Origin: the human T2T-CHM13v2.0 reference genome, Homo sapiens
Length of the DNA stretch: 64,000 bases
Direction: 5' to 3' (one strand)
Assembly: GCF_009914755.1 (NCBI RefSeq)
Contig: NC_060940.1
The translations under genes were made by a program, and so were the position numbers. Numbering within the stretch: the first letter of the stretch is position 1; each line of letters begins with the position of its first letter. The notes below the pieces were generated by a model. That model did no database searches and had not been told where the DNA came from. It worked only from the letters and a program-made list of their open reading frames with translations. Below are positions 27,250 to 43,879 of this stretch, piece by piece.

Positions 27250-27780
27250 TTATATTATTTACAACAAGTTTTTCACTGAGAAATTTATTAGGTACTTTTC
27301 CCTGTGTTAATAAACATAGTTCTTCAACACTTCAACATAGGAAGAGTATATAATTGTGGGTTTATACCATGATTTATGGCCATTATTTTTTGTTGGACAT
27401 TTAGATCATTTCTGTTGTCTTTGCAATAAGCGATACTGTAATGAAAACTCTTGTAGCTAAATGTTTATGCATGTTCTTATTTATTTCTTCAAGATAACTC
27501 TTAGAATTAGAACTGCTGGGTCACACAATTTAAGGCCTTTAATCCAAGTTGCTAAATAGCCCAATTTGCACTCCCACCAGCAGCCCATTTTTCTCTACAC
27601 TCATACACACTGAGTATTATTATTTAAAAACATACTTTTCTTCATTTTGTGGGTGAAAAGGCATCTTGCTGATTTAATTTGCCTTTCTTATATTACTAGT
27701 GAGATTGGATTTTTTCAAGCATTTTTTTGTCATTTAAATATTTTGTAACTTCCTTCTCATAATCTCCTATTTTCCTGTTT
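27250..27780 (-). mobile_element. L1ME-type fragment (host of the 17-27 kb L1)
   Basis: ttgttggacatttagatc...aatttgcactcccaccagcag...attactagtgag. Confidence 0.65.
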
Positions 27781-27784
27781 GAGA

Positions 27785-28110
27785 GTTTTAAAATCCAGAT
27801 CTTCTAACTCTAAAGTCAATGCTGTTTCCTTGAACTCCCAAGGGACATCTGATATGAAAATAAATAGGTGTCCAAGACTGGTCCTTAGGGTGTAACATGG
27901 TTCTCACCTTTCAGGATCCTTCTCCTTCAGATGCCGCCATAATGTCTGTGTTTCTTTGTTACCAACATATCACCTCATTCAATTCTTACAAGTGTTTTGA
28001 GAGGCAGATGGGGTAAACCATGGTGTCTGTACAACAGGGAACGGAGGCACATTGAGGCTAATGGATTTGGCCAAGATCACAAACTATTGCATAAGCCAAG
28101 GTGAGCCTTG
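27785..28110 (-). mobile_element. MIR fragments
   Basis: aattcttacaa...ttggccaagatcaca; tctaactctaaagtcaatgct. Confidence 0.5.
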
Positions 28111-28443
28111 AAAAAGGTTCTCTCAGGGGTCTAGTGGGAAAATTATCTGATAAGCTAATCACACTTCTGTTTAATGACTCTCATAATGTATTATCTTTTC
28201 CAGAGTTATTTGCATTTAAATAGAGGAACCTGAGGCGATCTCTATTTAATGTGCTCCATCAAGCCGGGGAGGAGCTATATTAGGATCTGGAGCCCGCCCA
28301 CCCCTTAAATCACAGTGTGGGTGCCCACCTACTTCATCTATGCGTGGTCCTCACACTTCTCAACATGAGTTGCTTGAAACACCGACTTTGATGATCTGAA
28401 TATACACAATGTGAGGCCAAAAACTGAAAGAAAATAGAGGCAG

Positions 28444-28490
28444 CTCTCTCTCTCTCATTTTTTTCTCTCTCTCTCCTTATCTCTATCTCT
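28444..28490. repeat. CT-rich simple repeat
   Basis: Read directly from the sequence. Confidence 0.8.
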
Positions 28491-29619
28491 CCATTTTTAA
28501 ACAGTCTTCTATGCTCTGAAAACTGTTTATCCATGTTCTTCACAAATTATTCAGAACCACTCTTCTCTTTTCTCTGAGGTTAGCAAGTTAGTAAGTAGCT
28601 CTCAGAAATGATCTCTATGCACCTGGAACAATAAGCAGCTGGCTTAAAAGTCATAGGACTCTGAGCAGAGATAGCTCCTCTCACCGACTCACTGTCTGAT
28701 GAATTCAGGCTTCTGTTTGTCACAGCTCCCCAGTGACCTTTTGTGGCAGATCTACTATAGACTCACAGTGGACACCAGGCCTCCTCATCATAGCAGGTGA
28801 GGATGACCTGATCACCACTTCTCTGGTGCTCTTTCTGCATGGTGACGTTTCACATAGTACAAAATCACAAAGATGCATGAAGACATTATCAGGGCATGTT
28901 TCTCCCTCACCTTAGATGCTGGCCTTCCACTGACACCACTGCCTTAGGTTTCTCCTTGGTAAGATTCACCTGCAATGACTTCAAATGTTTTATGAAAGAG
29001 GCATCTTTGCAATTTTTTGGTGATATTTTTATAGAATTTTTTTGTAATATTTTACTCATGTTCTTTTAATAATGATTGAAGAAAATTGCTTATTTCAATG
29101 ACCATCTAGTGCCCTGCCCATATTCCCTCTATCTCTGTACCACTTTTTTGAGGGATTTTCTAAAGGTCTTTGTTGGTACTTTAATTTTTTGTCAATTGAC
29201 ACACTCATGTTAAGAATCCTGAGGCTTGGATACAAAATCAATATGCAAAAATCACTAGCATTCCTATACATCAACAACAGGCAAGCCAAAAGCCAAATCA
29301 CAAATGAACTCCCATTCGCAATTGCCACAAAAAGAATAAAATACCTAGGAATACAGCTAACAAGGGAAGTGAAGGACCTCTTCAAGGAGAACTACAAACC
29401 ACTGCTCAAGGAAATGAGAGAGGACACAAACAAATGGAAAAACATTCCATGCTCATGGATAGGAAGAATCAATATCATGAAAATGGCCATACTGCCCAAT
29501 GCATTTTATAGATTCCATGCTATTCCCATTAAACTACCATTGACGTTCTTCACAGAATTAGAAAAACTATTTAAAAATTCATATGGAACAAAAAAACCCG
29601 AATGGCCAAAGGCAATTCT

Positions 29620-29798
29620 TTATTTTTATTTATTTATTTATTTTTGAGATAGAGTCTCCCTCTATCACCCCAGCTGGAGTGGAGAGGCCTGATCTTGGCT
29701 CACTGCAACGTCTGCCTCCTGGGTTCAAGTGATTCTCCTGCCTCAGCCTCCCCAGGTAGCTGGGGCTACAAGCATGCACCACCACATGCCTGCCCAGA
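29620..29798 (-). mobile_element. Alu right-monomer insertion inside L1
   Basis: Single arm plus (TTTA)n tail. Perfect 13-bp TSD caaaggcaattct (29607-29619 and 29799-29811). Confidence 0.88.
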
Positions 29799-29814
29799 CA
29801 AAGGCAATTCTAAG

Positions 29815-29820
<6 letters not shown>

Positions 29821-29860
<40 letters not shown>
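29821..29860. repeat. (CA)20 microsatellite
   Basis: Read directly from the sequence. Confidence 0.95.
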
Positions 29861-29861
<1 letters not shown>

Positions 29862-31621
29862 CCAAAGCAAAGCTGGAAGCATCATGCTACCCAACTTCAA
29901 ATTATATTACAGGGCTACAGTAACCAAAACAACATGGTACTGGTACAAGAACAGGCATAAAGACCCATGGAACAAAATAGAGAATGCAGAAATAAGATTT
30001 CACACCTACAGCCATCTGATCTTTGACAAACCTTACAAAAACAAGCAATGTGGGAAAGGATTCCCTATTTAATAAATGGTGCTGGGAAAACTGCCTAGCC
30101 ATATGCAGAAAATTGAAACTGGACCCCTTCCTTACACCTTGTACAAAAATCGACTCAAGATGACTTAAAGACTTAAATGTAAAACCCAAAACTATAAAAA
30201 CCCTAGAAGAAAACCTAAGCAATACCATTCAGGACATAGGCACAGGAAAAGATTTTGTGACAAAGATGCCAAAAGCAATTGCAACAAGAGCAAAAATAGA
30301 CAAATAGGATCTAATTAAGCTAAAGAGCTTCTGGACAGCAAAAGAAACTATCAACAGAATAAACAGACGACCTACAGAATGGGAGAAAATTTCTGCAATC
30401 TATGCATCTGACAAAGGTCTAATATCCAGCATCTATAAGAAACTTAAACAAATTTACAAGAAACAAACAACCCCATTACAAAGTGGGCAAAGGACATGAA
30501 CAGACACTTCTCAAAAGAAGACATTCATGTGGCCAAGAAACATATGAAAAAAGGTTCAACATTACTGATCATTAGAAAAATGCAAATCCAAACTACAGTG
30601 AGATACCATCTCACACAAGTCAGAATGGCTGTTATTAAAAAGTCAAAAAAACAACAGATGCTGGCGAGGTTGTGGAGAAAAAGGAATGCTTTTACGCTGT
30701 TGGTGGGAAAGTAAATTAGTTCAACCACTGTAAAAGACAGTGTGGCAATTCCTCAAAGACCTAGAGGCAGAAATGCCATTAGACCCAGCAATCCTATCAC
30801 TGTGTATATACCCAAAGGAATATAAAGCTTTCTATTATAAAGACATATGCATGTGTATGTTTATTGCAGCACTATTCACAATAGCAAAGATATGGAATCA
30901 ACCTAAATGCCCATCAATGATAGGCTGGATAAAGAAAATGTGGTACATATACACTGTGGAATGCTATGCAGCCATGGAAAGGAATGAGATCATGTCCTTT
31001 TCAGGGACATGGATGGAGCTGGAGGTCATTATCCTCAGCAAACTAAAGCAAGAATAGAAAACTATATACTGCATGTTCTCACTTCTAAGTGGAGGCTAAA
31101 TGATGAGAACACATGGACAAATTGTGGGGGTGGGTGTGGAACAACACACAATGGGGCCTGTCGGAGGCTGGGGGAAGGTAAGAGGAGGGAGAGGATCAGG
31201 AAGAATAATTAGTGGACACTAGGCTTAATACCTAGGTGATGGGATGATCTGTGCAGCAAACCACCATAGCACACATTTACTTATGTAACAAACCTGCACA
31301 TCCTGCACATGTACCCCTGAACTTAAAATAAAAGTTAGAAATAAATTAAAACAAAAAGAATCCTGAGCCTTGAGGTAGACTGATAACATTATGAGTTTTT
31401 TCTTCTTGTGAAGTTGTGAGGATTGACACACAGTTACTCAAAATTGGCTGATGATTGCAGGAAGGAAGGGGGTCACTGATCCATACTTTGATTATTAATG
31501 CAGTTAACTTTTTTAATCCAGTGATGGAGTAACCATGGTCAAGGTAAGGAAGGGCTAGGAGTGGTCTCACATCTCCAGGGTAAATAATCAGGTGGCAGAT
31601 AATCACTACTAATTGACACCT

Positions 31622-31624
<3 letters not shown>

Positions 31625-31656
<32 letters not shown>
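31625..31656. repeat. (GT)16 microsatellite
   Basis: Read directly from the sequence. Confidence 0.95.
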
Positions 31657-31658
<2 letters not shown>

Positions 31659-31714
31659 CAGGAGGTCATACTATCTGTATAAGTTTGCTGACTCATCTTG
31701 CAGCTTTTCATGAT

Positions 31715-31845
31715 CTACAGTTTTTTTCTTCTCCATCAAATGGTGATGATAATCTCTGCCACATAAACCTAATAGGTGAAAGTCAAGTTTAACATGGAAG
31801 GACTTTGAGAAGCAGATAATGCTACACAAATGCAAAGAGATTTTA
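31715..31845 (+). mobile_element. MIR fragment
   Basis: aaatggtgatgataat...atgctacacaaatgcaa. Confidence 0.45.
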
Positions 31846-32805
31846 TTTCCTGCTGTTTATTGGAGTGGATGGGCTCCTACAGGGATCCAGAGCACATGGC
31901 TAGCAGGTCTGCTGGAGCTGGATAACTGACACATCAGGTGTAGAGCTGTGAGGCCCCATCCTGAAGCATCTACACCTTTGAAGAAGACATTTCAAAAGCT
32001 AGAATGACAGGTGCCTGAGAATTGATTTTTAAAACACAGCTCTTTTCAAGCAAGAAAGGGGCCCACATAATTTGTTTCAGAGAAAGACATGTCCTAGCTA
32101 CAAGAGTCAACTCCTCTGGGTATCTTGGGATATTTCACATTCATGGGCATGGGGGTTAGATCTGCCCAGGTGAGTGGGCAGGGCATGGTAGGCAGATGTT
32201 CCTGCTGGAGCCAGAACCATACTTTCTTCTTATTTTGTCAGAAACAATGTGTTATTTTGGTAACTCTTTATTTTCCACACTGTAGCTTCCCATGTAATTA
32301 TTGATTGCAATTAGGTATTCCATACTGCATAATTAACTATCTGTGCCTCTGACATATATTAAAATAAATGATCACAAAAGTCCATGCTGAAAAGCCTCCA
32401 TCCAAAGAATAAACCCAGGCTTTCTACCTACCTGACAGTGTGTCTGAATCAGGCAAAAAACAAATTTAAACATCTTGGTTCCTTCTCCATCTGCTATACA
32501 CATGAATGAAATTTAACATTAGCAAGCAGAGCAAACTGGCTTTGTTGACTTTTCTTTGTCATTTTAAGCTACGGTTTTTTTATTCTGGTTTACGCAGATA
32601 TCTAAATAAAACCTCTCTATAGCATGAAAAAAGAAGTGATGGATGGATCAGTGTCCAAGGATGATCCATAAATCCAACTTAACTAACCAGTGCACAAGGT
32701 AGCTGCAAGGTCTTGCTTTCTCTCTACATCAAATTTATTCTTGTGCCCAGAGGGAAAAAACTAGCAAGGCATACTCGAGTGAGAGCTTTGCATTTTATAC
32801 ACATC

Positions 32806-33300
32806 TATATTAACCAGGATACTTTTGATTGCAAGTGACAGAAACCCAATTCCAAGCAGCTTAAGCAAAGATGGGAATTTATTGGTAAGTTACTGGGGTA
32901 TCTCAGAGAACAAAAATGAGCTGCAGGATTGTGTGAAGCTCAGAGACCAGAACTGGCAACTTGATGACACCAAGGATCTATATGTCTCTATTCATCTCTC
33001 GTCCTTGGTTTTCTCCCTGTCTTGGCTTCATTCTCTTGTACAGCAGACACGTCTTCTCTATGTGGCTGTGATCACTGCTGCCGGAAACTCTGGGATCTCA
33101 TTTCTGTAGCTTTTGTCAAAGGAAAAGGAGTGTCTTTCATGTTAGTTCTGTTAAGAAAAACAACAGTGAAATTCTGTGAGTGACCTAGATCGGGTCAAGT
33201 ACCCCTATCACCCCAGAACTGTTGCTGGCTTGAGGAGTAGGGAAAGGTACTTGATTGGTCCAGCCTGGGTCATATACTCTGCCCTGTGCAGGGAAAAAGG
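32806..33300 (-). mobile_element. Old MLT1 (K/L/N-like) LTR
   Basis: ttgcaagtgacagaaacccaatt...gcttaagcaaa...gattggtccagcctgggtca. Confidence 0.7.
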
Positions 33301-33797
33301 TTTGTGACCAGAAGAAGGTGACAGTGGGACAGGGGAAGCATGCTGCGTAGGTGGCAGCGGTAGCTCTGGAGAAACCATACATGATAGGATGCACATTTGA
33401 GGAGCATCTCCAGGGCCTGAGAGAATAACCCAAAGTATAGAGAAGCGAGACTATTCTGTATAAAACCTTAGAATTTTGTTTTCCATTCTTGGAACTTGTG
33501 TTTTCTCTCATGACCAGGACTCTTTATTCTCCAGTGAGGCTATGTAGAAATGCATAAAAATTTCTTGTCAAATTATTTTCTGAAGAAACCCAGTATCAAA
33601 ATCCCAGATATGGTGGCAAGGAGTGGTGATAGTGAGGATAGTCAAAGCCTTTGGGAGATGGGGGTGAGTGCTGATGCCTTCTTGGCTTCAAGTCAAGCAA
33701 GGCAGCCATGGAAGAAAGAACGTTGGTTATCTTAGATATCTCAGTCATAGGAAGGTCCATGTCTTATCTTCCTCTTGTTTCACTTAAAGATTGAAGA

Positions 33798-34124
33798 TTG
33801 TTTGTTTTGTTTTGTTTTGTTTTGTTTTGTTTTGTTTTTAGAGACAGAGTCTTGCCCTGTCATCCAGAGTGGAGTGCAGTGGCAGGATGAAAGCTCACTG
33901 CAGCCTTGAACTCCTGGGCTCAAGTGATCCTCCCACCTCAGTGTCCTGAGTAGTTAGGATTACAGGTGCACACAAATGTACTCATCTAATTTATTTAAAA
34001 AAATTGCAGAGACAGGGGTTTTGCTGTGTTGCCCAGGCTAGTCTTGAACTCCTGGCTTCAAGTGATCCTACCCCCTTGGCCTCCCAAAGGATTGGGATTA
34101 CAGGTGTGACTCACTGTGCCTGGC
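33798..34124 (-). mobile_element. AluJ with (TTTTG)n tail
   Basis: Full dimer with J-type ctcctgggctcaagtgatcc. Confidence 0.92.
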
Positions 34125-34164
34125 CACTAAGATCATTTTTGAAAAGGAATTTTATCTCTTTCTG

Positions 34165-34165
<1 letters not shown>

Positions 34166-34229
<64 letters not shown>
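34166..34229. repeat. Compound STR (AGAT)10(AGAC)6
   Basis: Read directly from the sequence. Confidence 0.95.
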
Positions 34230-34230
<1 letters not shown>

Positions 34231-34373
34231 AAAGTGAATGCTCAATGATAATGCCCCAAATAAATGCCCAACAGTCATCACAAACCCAACATAGCAACAT
34301 AGGACTCTGGGTGTTTCTATTGGACTATAAATTAATTGTCACATTGTCTGATCTGATTCATGGGTCTTCCCAA

Positions 34374-34910
34374 TGTCTTAGCTTAGTATCCACAGAAAGC
34401 AAGGCCTGAGGCGAAGCTCATGTGTTACCTCTTTATTAGGGAGTAAAATCGCAGGGACAAGGGGAGTGAGCCAGAGAAGGAGGGAGAGCTGTGATAAGTT
34501 GGCAACTACTTGGTAAGGGTAACTGGTTGCTCTATTGCATGGGGCCATCTTCTTCAAGACCAAATAAAAAGATAATCCTTAGCGTAGTCCATCTGATTGA
34601 GTAAGGGAAGAGAGTTTCTGCCAGATACCCATCTCTCATTGGCCTAACCTTTGACCTACAGGGCATGAATGGCCTAGTACTTTGTAGCCTGGGTGTTCAT
34701 GCCTCAGTGTCAAATGAGGGTGTCCCAGGATAAGAAGCTAGTGGTGGGTGCTGCAGGCCCAAGGCAAACCAGTGTCGGGTCATGTGCCTGTGAGGCTGGG
34801 GTTGAGTTGGGCTGAGCTGCTCATCACAGTGCTGGCTGGGGCTGAACAAGTGACTCAAGGCCCCGAGACAGGTGAGAGCAAGAGGACAGAAGGGACGTGT
34901 GGAAAACACC
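34374..34910 (-). mobile_element. Old ERVL LTR (LTR33/LTR16-related)
   Basis: tgtcttagc...cagaaagcaaggcctgaggc...tttattagggg terminus. Confidence 0.5.
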
Positions 34911-34919
34911 TGTTTCCTT

Positions 34920-35075
34920 CAGAATCAGAATTTCAAACCTAAGAGAGACCTTTGAGATACTTTTCAGATAAGCAAATTAAAACCCAGAGAGTGTAAGAAA
35001 CTTGCTAAGAAACTCACAGCCAACCACTGCAGTTAGTGATAGAGCTTAGAAAGTGCCCCACTCCCAACTCTTTCA
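34920..35075 (-). mobile_element. MIR fragment
   Basis: cccagagagtgtaagaaacttgctaag...gttagtgatagagc. Confidence 0.5.
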
Positions 35076-35974
35076 TTTCGTTGCTTCTTCATGGCTCCTC
35101 CAACATCAGACCCCCCACTTGTGAACATTTACGGCAAAATTTCCCAAATGCCTGATGAGATGAGAAGCAAGTCAATACCTCCTAAATATGCATGAGCTGT
35201 TCAACGGTTCAATCTCGGTGGGTAGCAATATGTCTATCAGGATCTATTTATTCTCATGACTTCAGTGCTGCTCTGGAGCGATGCATTATGAACAATTTAT
35301 GGTGTGTTGACAGGACAGATGAATGCTAGGAGAATAGGCTGACGGGGAGAAAATCTCACTCTGGCAAACGGAATGCAGAGGTGTGACTCTGAGCAGGCGG
35401 AAGGAAGAGAATGTGATGGTTCACGTGTTTAGCCGATTGTGTGCCAGCCTGCAGCCCTGTAGTTTTGTGCCACAGCCTCTGCTTGCACTGCCTGTCTTCA
35501 CAACAGGACCTGCAGAATCTCCCCTTCCCCAAAGGGCAGCCCTACGGCTGGGGAGGTGCAGTTGTCAGCAGCCTGTAAGCATGAACACCCTTGTATTCCT
35601 GATGCCTTGGTGACTTTTGGATGGAGAAGTCACTTTGTTCACTAAGCCCTAAAATCATCTCACTCAAGTTTTTGGTGAAGATTAAGTTTCTGAACATCAA
35701 GACTAAAAGCTGTGGCTACTTTGTTTGATCATTTAGAGCTGCTGCTTTGGAAAGTGTGTCTGAGGTGAGAGCCAGTAAATGGCGGGCATTCTCTCCAGCA
35801 ATGGGCATCTATCCTTCTCTGCCATTTGGAATGATCATCTACGTTTAATACTTACCCAGAGTCAGGGCAGGACACTGCTTCTCTTAACCCTACATACCTC
35901 GCTTATAAAAGCCCCAAACAAGTTTTTTGTTTGTTTGTTTTTCAATGTACCTGTATTTTCTTTTTTTGTAAATT

Positions 35975-36090
35975 GACATCTTGAGTTTTTCAATTCGTGA
36001 ACATGGTGTATTTCCCCATTTATGTTGGTTTTCTGGAGTATCTTTAAGTAGTTATATAGTTTTCTTCTTCTATGCCTTGCACATATTTTC
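35975..36090 (-). mobile_element. Old L1M ORF2 fragment
   Basis: gtgaacatggtgtatttccccattta...ttgcacatatttt. Confidence 0.55.
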
Positions 36091-36994
36091 TTTTTTAAAA
36101 AATTTTATTATTATTTTACTTTAAGTTTTAGGGTACATGTGCACAATGTGCAGGTTTGTTACATATGTATACATGTGCCATGTTGGTGTGCTGCACCCAT
36201 TAACTCGTCATTTAGCATTAGGTATATCTCCTAATGCTATCCCTCCCCTCTTCCCCCACCCCACAACAGTCCCCAGAGTGTGATGTTCCCCTTCCTGTGT
36301 CCATGTGTTCTCATTGTTCAATTCCCATGTATGAGTGAGAACATGTGGTGTTTGGTTTTTTGTCCTTGCGACAGTTTGCTGAGAATGATGGTTTCCAGCT
36401 TCATCCATGTCCCTACAAAGGACATGAACTCATCATTTTTTTATGGCTGCATAGTATTCCATGGTGTATATGTGCCACATTTTCTTAATCCAGTCTATCA
36501 TTGTTGGACATTTGGGTTGGTTCCAAGTCTTTGCTATTGTGAATAGTGCCACAATAAACATATGTATGCATGTGTCTTTATAGCAGCATGATTTATAATC
36601 CTTTGGGTATATACCCAGTAATGGGATGGCTGGGTCAAATGGTATTTCTAGTTCTAGATCCTTGAGGAATCACCACACTGTCTTCCACAATGGTTGAACT
36701 AGTTTACAGTCCCACCAACAGTGTAAAAGTGTTCCTATTTCTCCACATCCTCTCCAGCACCTGTTGTTTCCTGACTTTTTTTTTTTATTATTATACTTTA
36801 AGTTTTAGGGTACATGCGCACATTGTGCAGGTTAGTTACATATGTATACATGTGCCATGCTGGTGCACTGCACCCACTAACTCGTCATCTAGCATTAGGT
36901 ATATCTCCCAATGCTATCCCTCCCCCCTCCCCCCACCCCACCACAGTCCCCAGAGTGTGATATTCCCCTTCCTGTGTCCATGTGATCTCATTGT

Positions 36995-40822
<3,828 letters not shown>

Positions 40823-40885
40823 TATGATGTTAGCTGGTTATTTTGCTCGTTAGTTGATGCAGTTTCTTCCTAGCCTTGATGGTCT

Positions 40886-41902
40886 TTACAATTTGGCATG
40901 TTTTTGCAGTGGCTGATACCGGTTGTTCCTTTCCATGTTTAGTGCTTCCTTCATGAGCTCTTTTAGGGCAGGCCTCGTGGTGACAAAATCTCTCAGCATT
41001 TGCTTGTCTGTAAAGTATCTTATTTCTCCTTCACTTATGAAGTTTAGTTTGGCTGGATATGAAATTCTCGGTTGAAAATTCTTTTCTTTAAGAATGTTGA
41101 ATATTGGCCCCCACTCTCTTCTGGCTTGTAGAGTTTCTGCCAAGAGATCCACTCTTAGTCTGATGGGCTTCCCTTTGTGGGTAACCCGACCTTTCTCCCT
41201 GGCTGCCCTTAACATTTTTTCCTTCATTTCCACTTTGGTGAATCTGACAATTATGTGTCTTGGAGTTGCTCTTCTCCAGAAGTATCTCTGTGGTGTTCTC
41301 TTTATTTCCTGAATTTGAATGTTGGCCTGCCTTGCTAGATTGGGGAAATTCTCCTGGATAATATCCTGCAGAATGTTTTCTAACTTGGTTCCATTCTCCC
41401 CGTCACTTTCAGGTACACCAATCAGACGTAGATTTGGTCTTTTCACACAGTCCCATATTTTTTGGAGGCTTTGTTCATTTATTTTTATTCTTTTTTCTCT
41501 AAACTTATCTTCTCACTTCATTTCATTCATTTTATCTTCCATTGCTGATACCCTTTCTTCCAGTTGATTGCATCGGCTACTGAGGCTTGTGCATTCGTCA
41601 CGTAGTTCTCATGCCATGGCTTTCAGCTCCATCAGGTCCTTTAAGGACTTCTCTTCATTGGTTATTCTAGTTAGCCATTAGTCTAATTTTTTTTCAAGAT
41701 TTTTAACTTCTTTGCCATTGGTTCGAACTTCCTCCTTTAGCTTGGAGTAGTTTGATCTTCTGAAGCCTTCTTCTCTCAACTTGTCAAAGTCATTCTCCAT
41801 CCAGCTTTGTTCCATTGCTGGTGAGGAGCTGTGTTCCTTTGGAGAAGGAGAGGCACTCTGATTTTTAGAGTTTCTGGTTTTTCTGTTCTGTTTTTTCCCC
41901 AT
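40886..41902 (-). pseudogene. Disrupted L1 ORF1
   Basis: MGKKQNRKTRNSKNQS... stops at 41678. The C-terminal part is 40886-41446. Confidence 0.92.
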
Positions 41903-42984
41903 CTTTGTGGTTTTATCTACCTTTGGTCTTTGATGATGGTGATGTACAGATGGGTTTTTGGTGTGGATGTCCTTTCTGTTTGTTCGTTTTCCTTCTAACA
42001 GTCAGGACCCTCAGCTGCAGGTCTGTTGGAGTTTGCTGGAGGTCCACTCCAACAAACTCCTGGGTATCAGCAGCAGTGGCTGCAGAACAGCAGATATTGG
42101 TGAACCGCAAATGCTGCTGCCTGATTGTTCCTCTGGAAGTTTTGTCTCAGAGGAGTACCCGGCTGTGTGAGGTGTCAGTCCACCCCTACTGGGGGGTGCC
42201 TCCCAGTTAGGCTACTCGGGGTTCAGGGACCCACTTGAGGAGGCAGTCCGCCTGTTCTCAGATCTCAAGCTGCATGCTGGGAGAAACACTACTCTCTTCA
42301 AAGCTGTCAGACAGGGATATTTAAGTCTGCAGAGGTTACTGCTGCCTTTTGTTTGTCTGTGCCCTGCCCCCAGAGGTGGAGCCTACAGAGGCAGGCAGGC
42401 CTCCTTGAGCTGTGGTGGGCTCCACCCAGTTTGAGCTTCCCAGCCACTTTGTTTACTACTCAAGCCTCAGCAATGGTGGGCGCCCCTCCCCTAGCCTCAC
42501 TGCTGCCTTGCAGTTTGATTTCAGACTGCTGTGCTAGCAATGAGTGAGGCTCTGTGGGTGTAGGGTCCTCCGAGCCATGTGCGGGATATAATCTCCTGGT
42601 GTGCCTTTTGTTAAGCCCATTGGAAAAGCGCAGTATTAGTGTGGGAGTGACCCAATTTTCCAGGTGCTGTCTGTCACCCCTTTCTTTGACTAGGAAAGGG
42701 AATTCCCTGACCCCTTGCACTTCCCAGGTGAGGCGATGCCTCTCCCTGCTCACTGCTCACGCACAGTGCGCTGCACCCACTGTCCTGCACTCCCCAGTGA
42801 GATGAACCTGGTACCTCAGTTGGAAATGCAGAAATCACCCATCTTCTGTGTCGCTCACGCTGGGAGCTGTAGACTGGAGCTGTTCCTATTTGGCCATCTT
42901 GGCTCCACCCCACAGGGCACTCCAGACAAGTTTTAAAAAATCATGTTGAGCTTCTTTTTTTCTCTCTAGGATACTACATTATGG

Positions 42985-43879
<895 letters not shown>

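Larger units (their letters stand above)
29229..31355 (+). mobile_element. 5'-truncated L1 (older L1PA, roughly PA11-15) with TSD
   Basis: ORF2 remnants ([14 protein letters not shown]...). 17-bp TSD aagaatcctgag(g/c)cttg at 29212-29228 and 31356-31372. Confidence 0.92.

Noticed and set aside
28329-28796. Splice-site-bounded segments (28329-28423 minus, 28726-28796 plus)
   Set aside because: They lie on opposite strands with no coding support, and such sites are expected by chance.
36916-36943. C-rich tract (G-quadruplex on the minus strand)
   Set aside because: Standard feature of young L1 3'UTRs.
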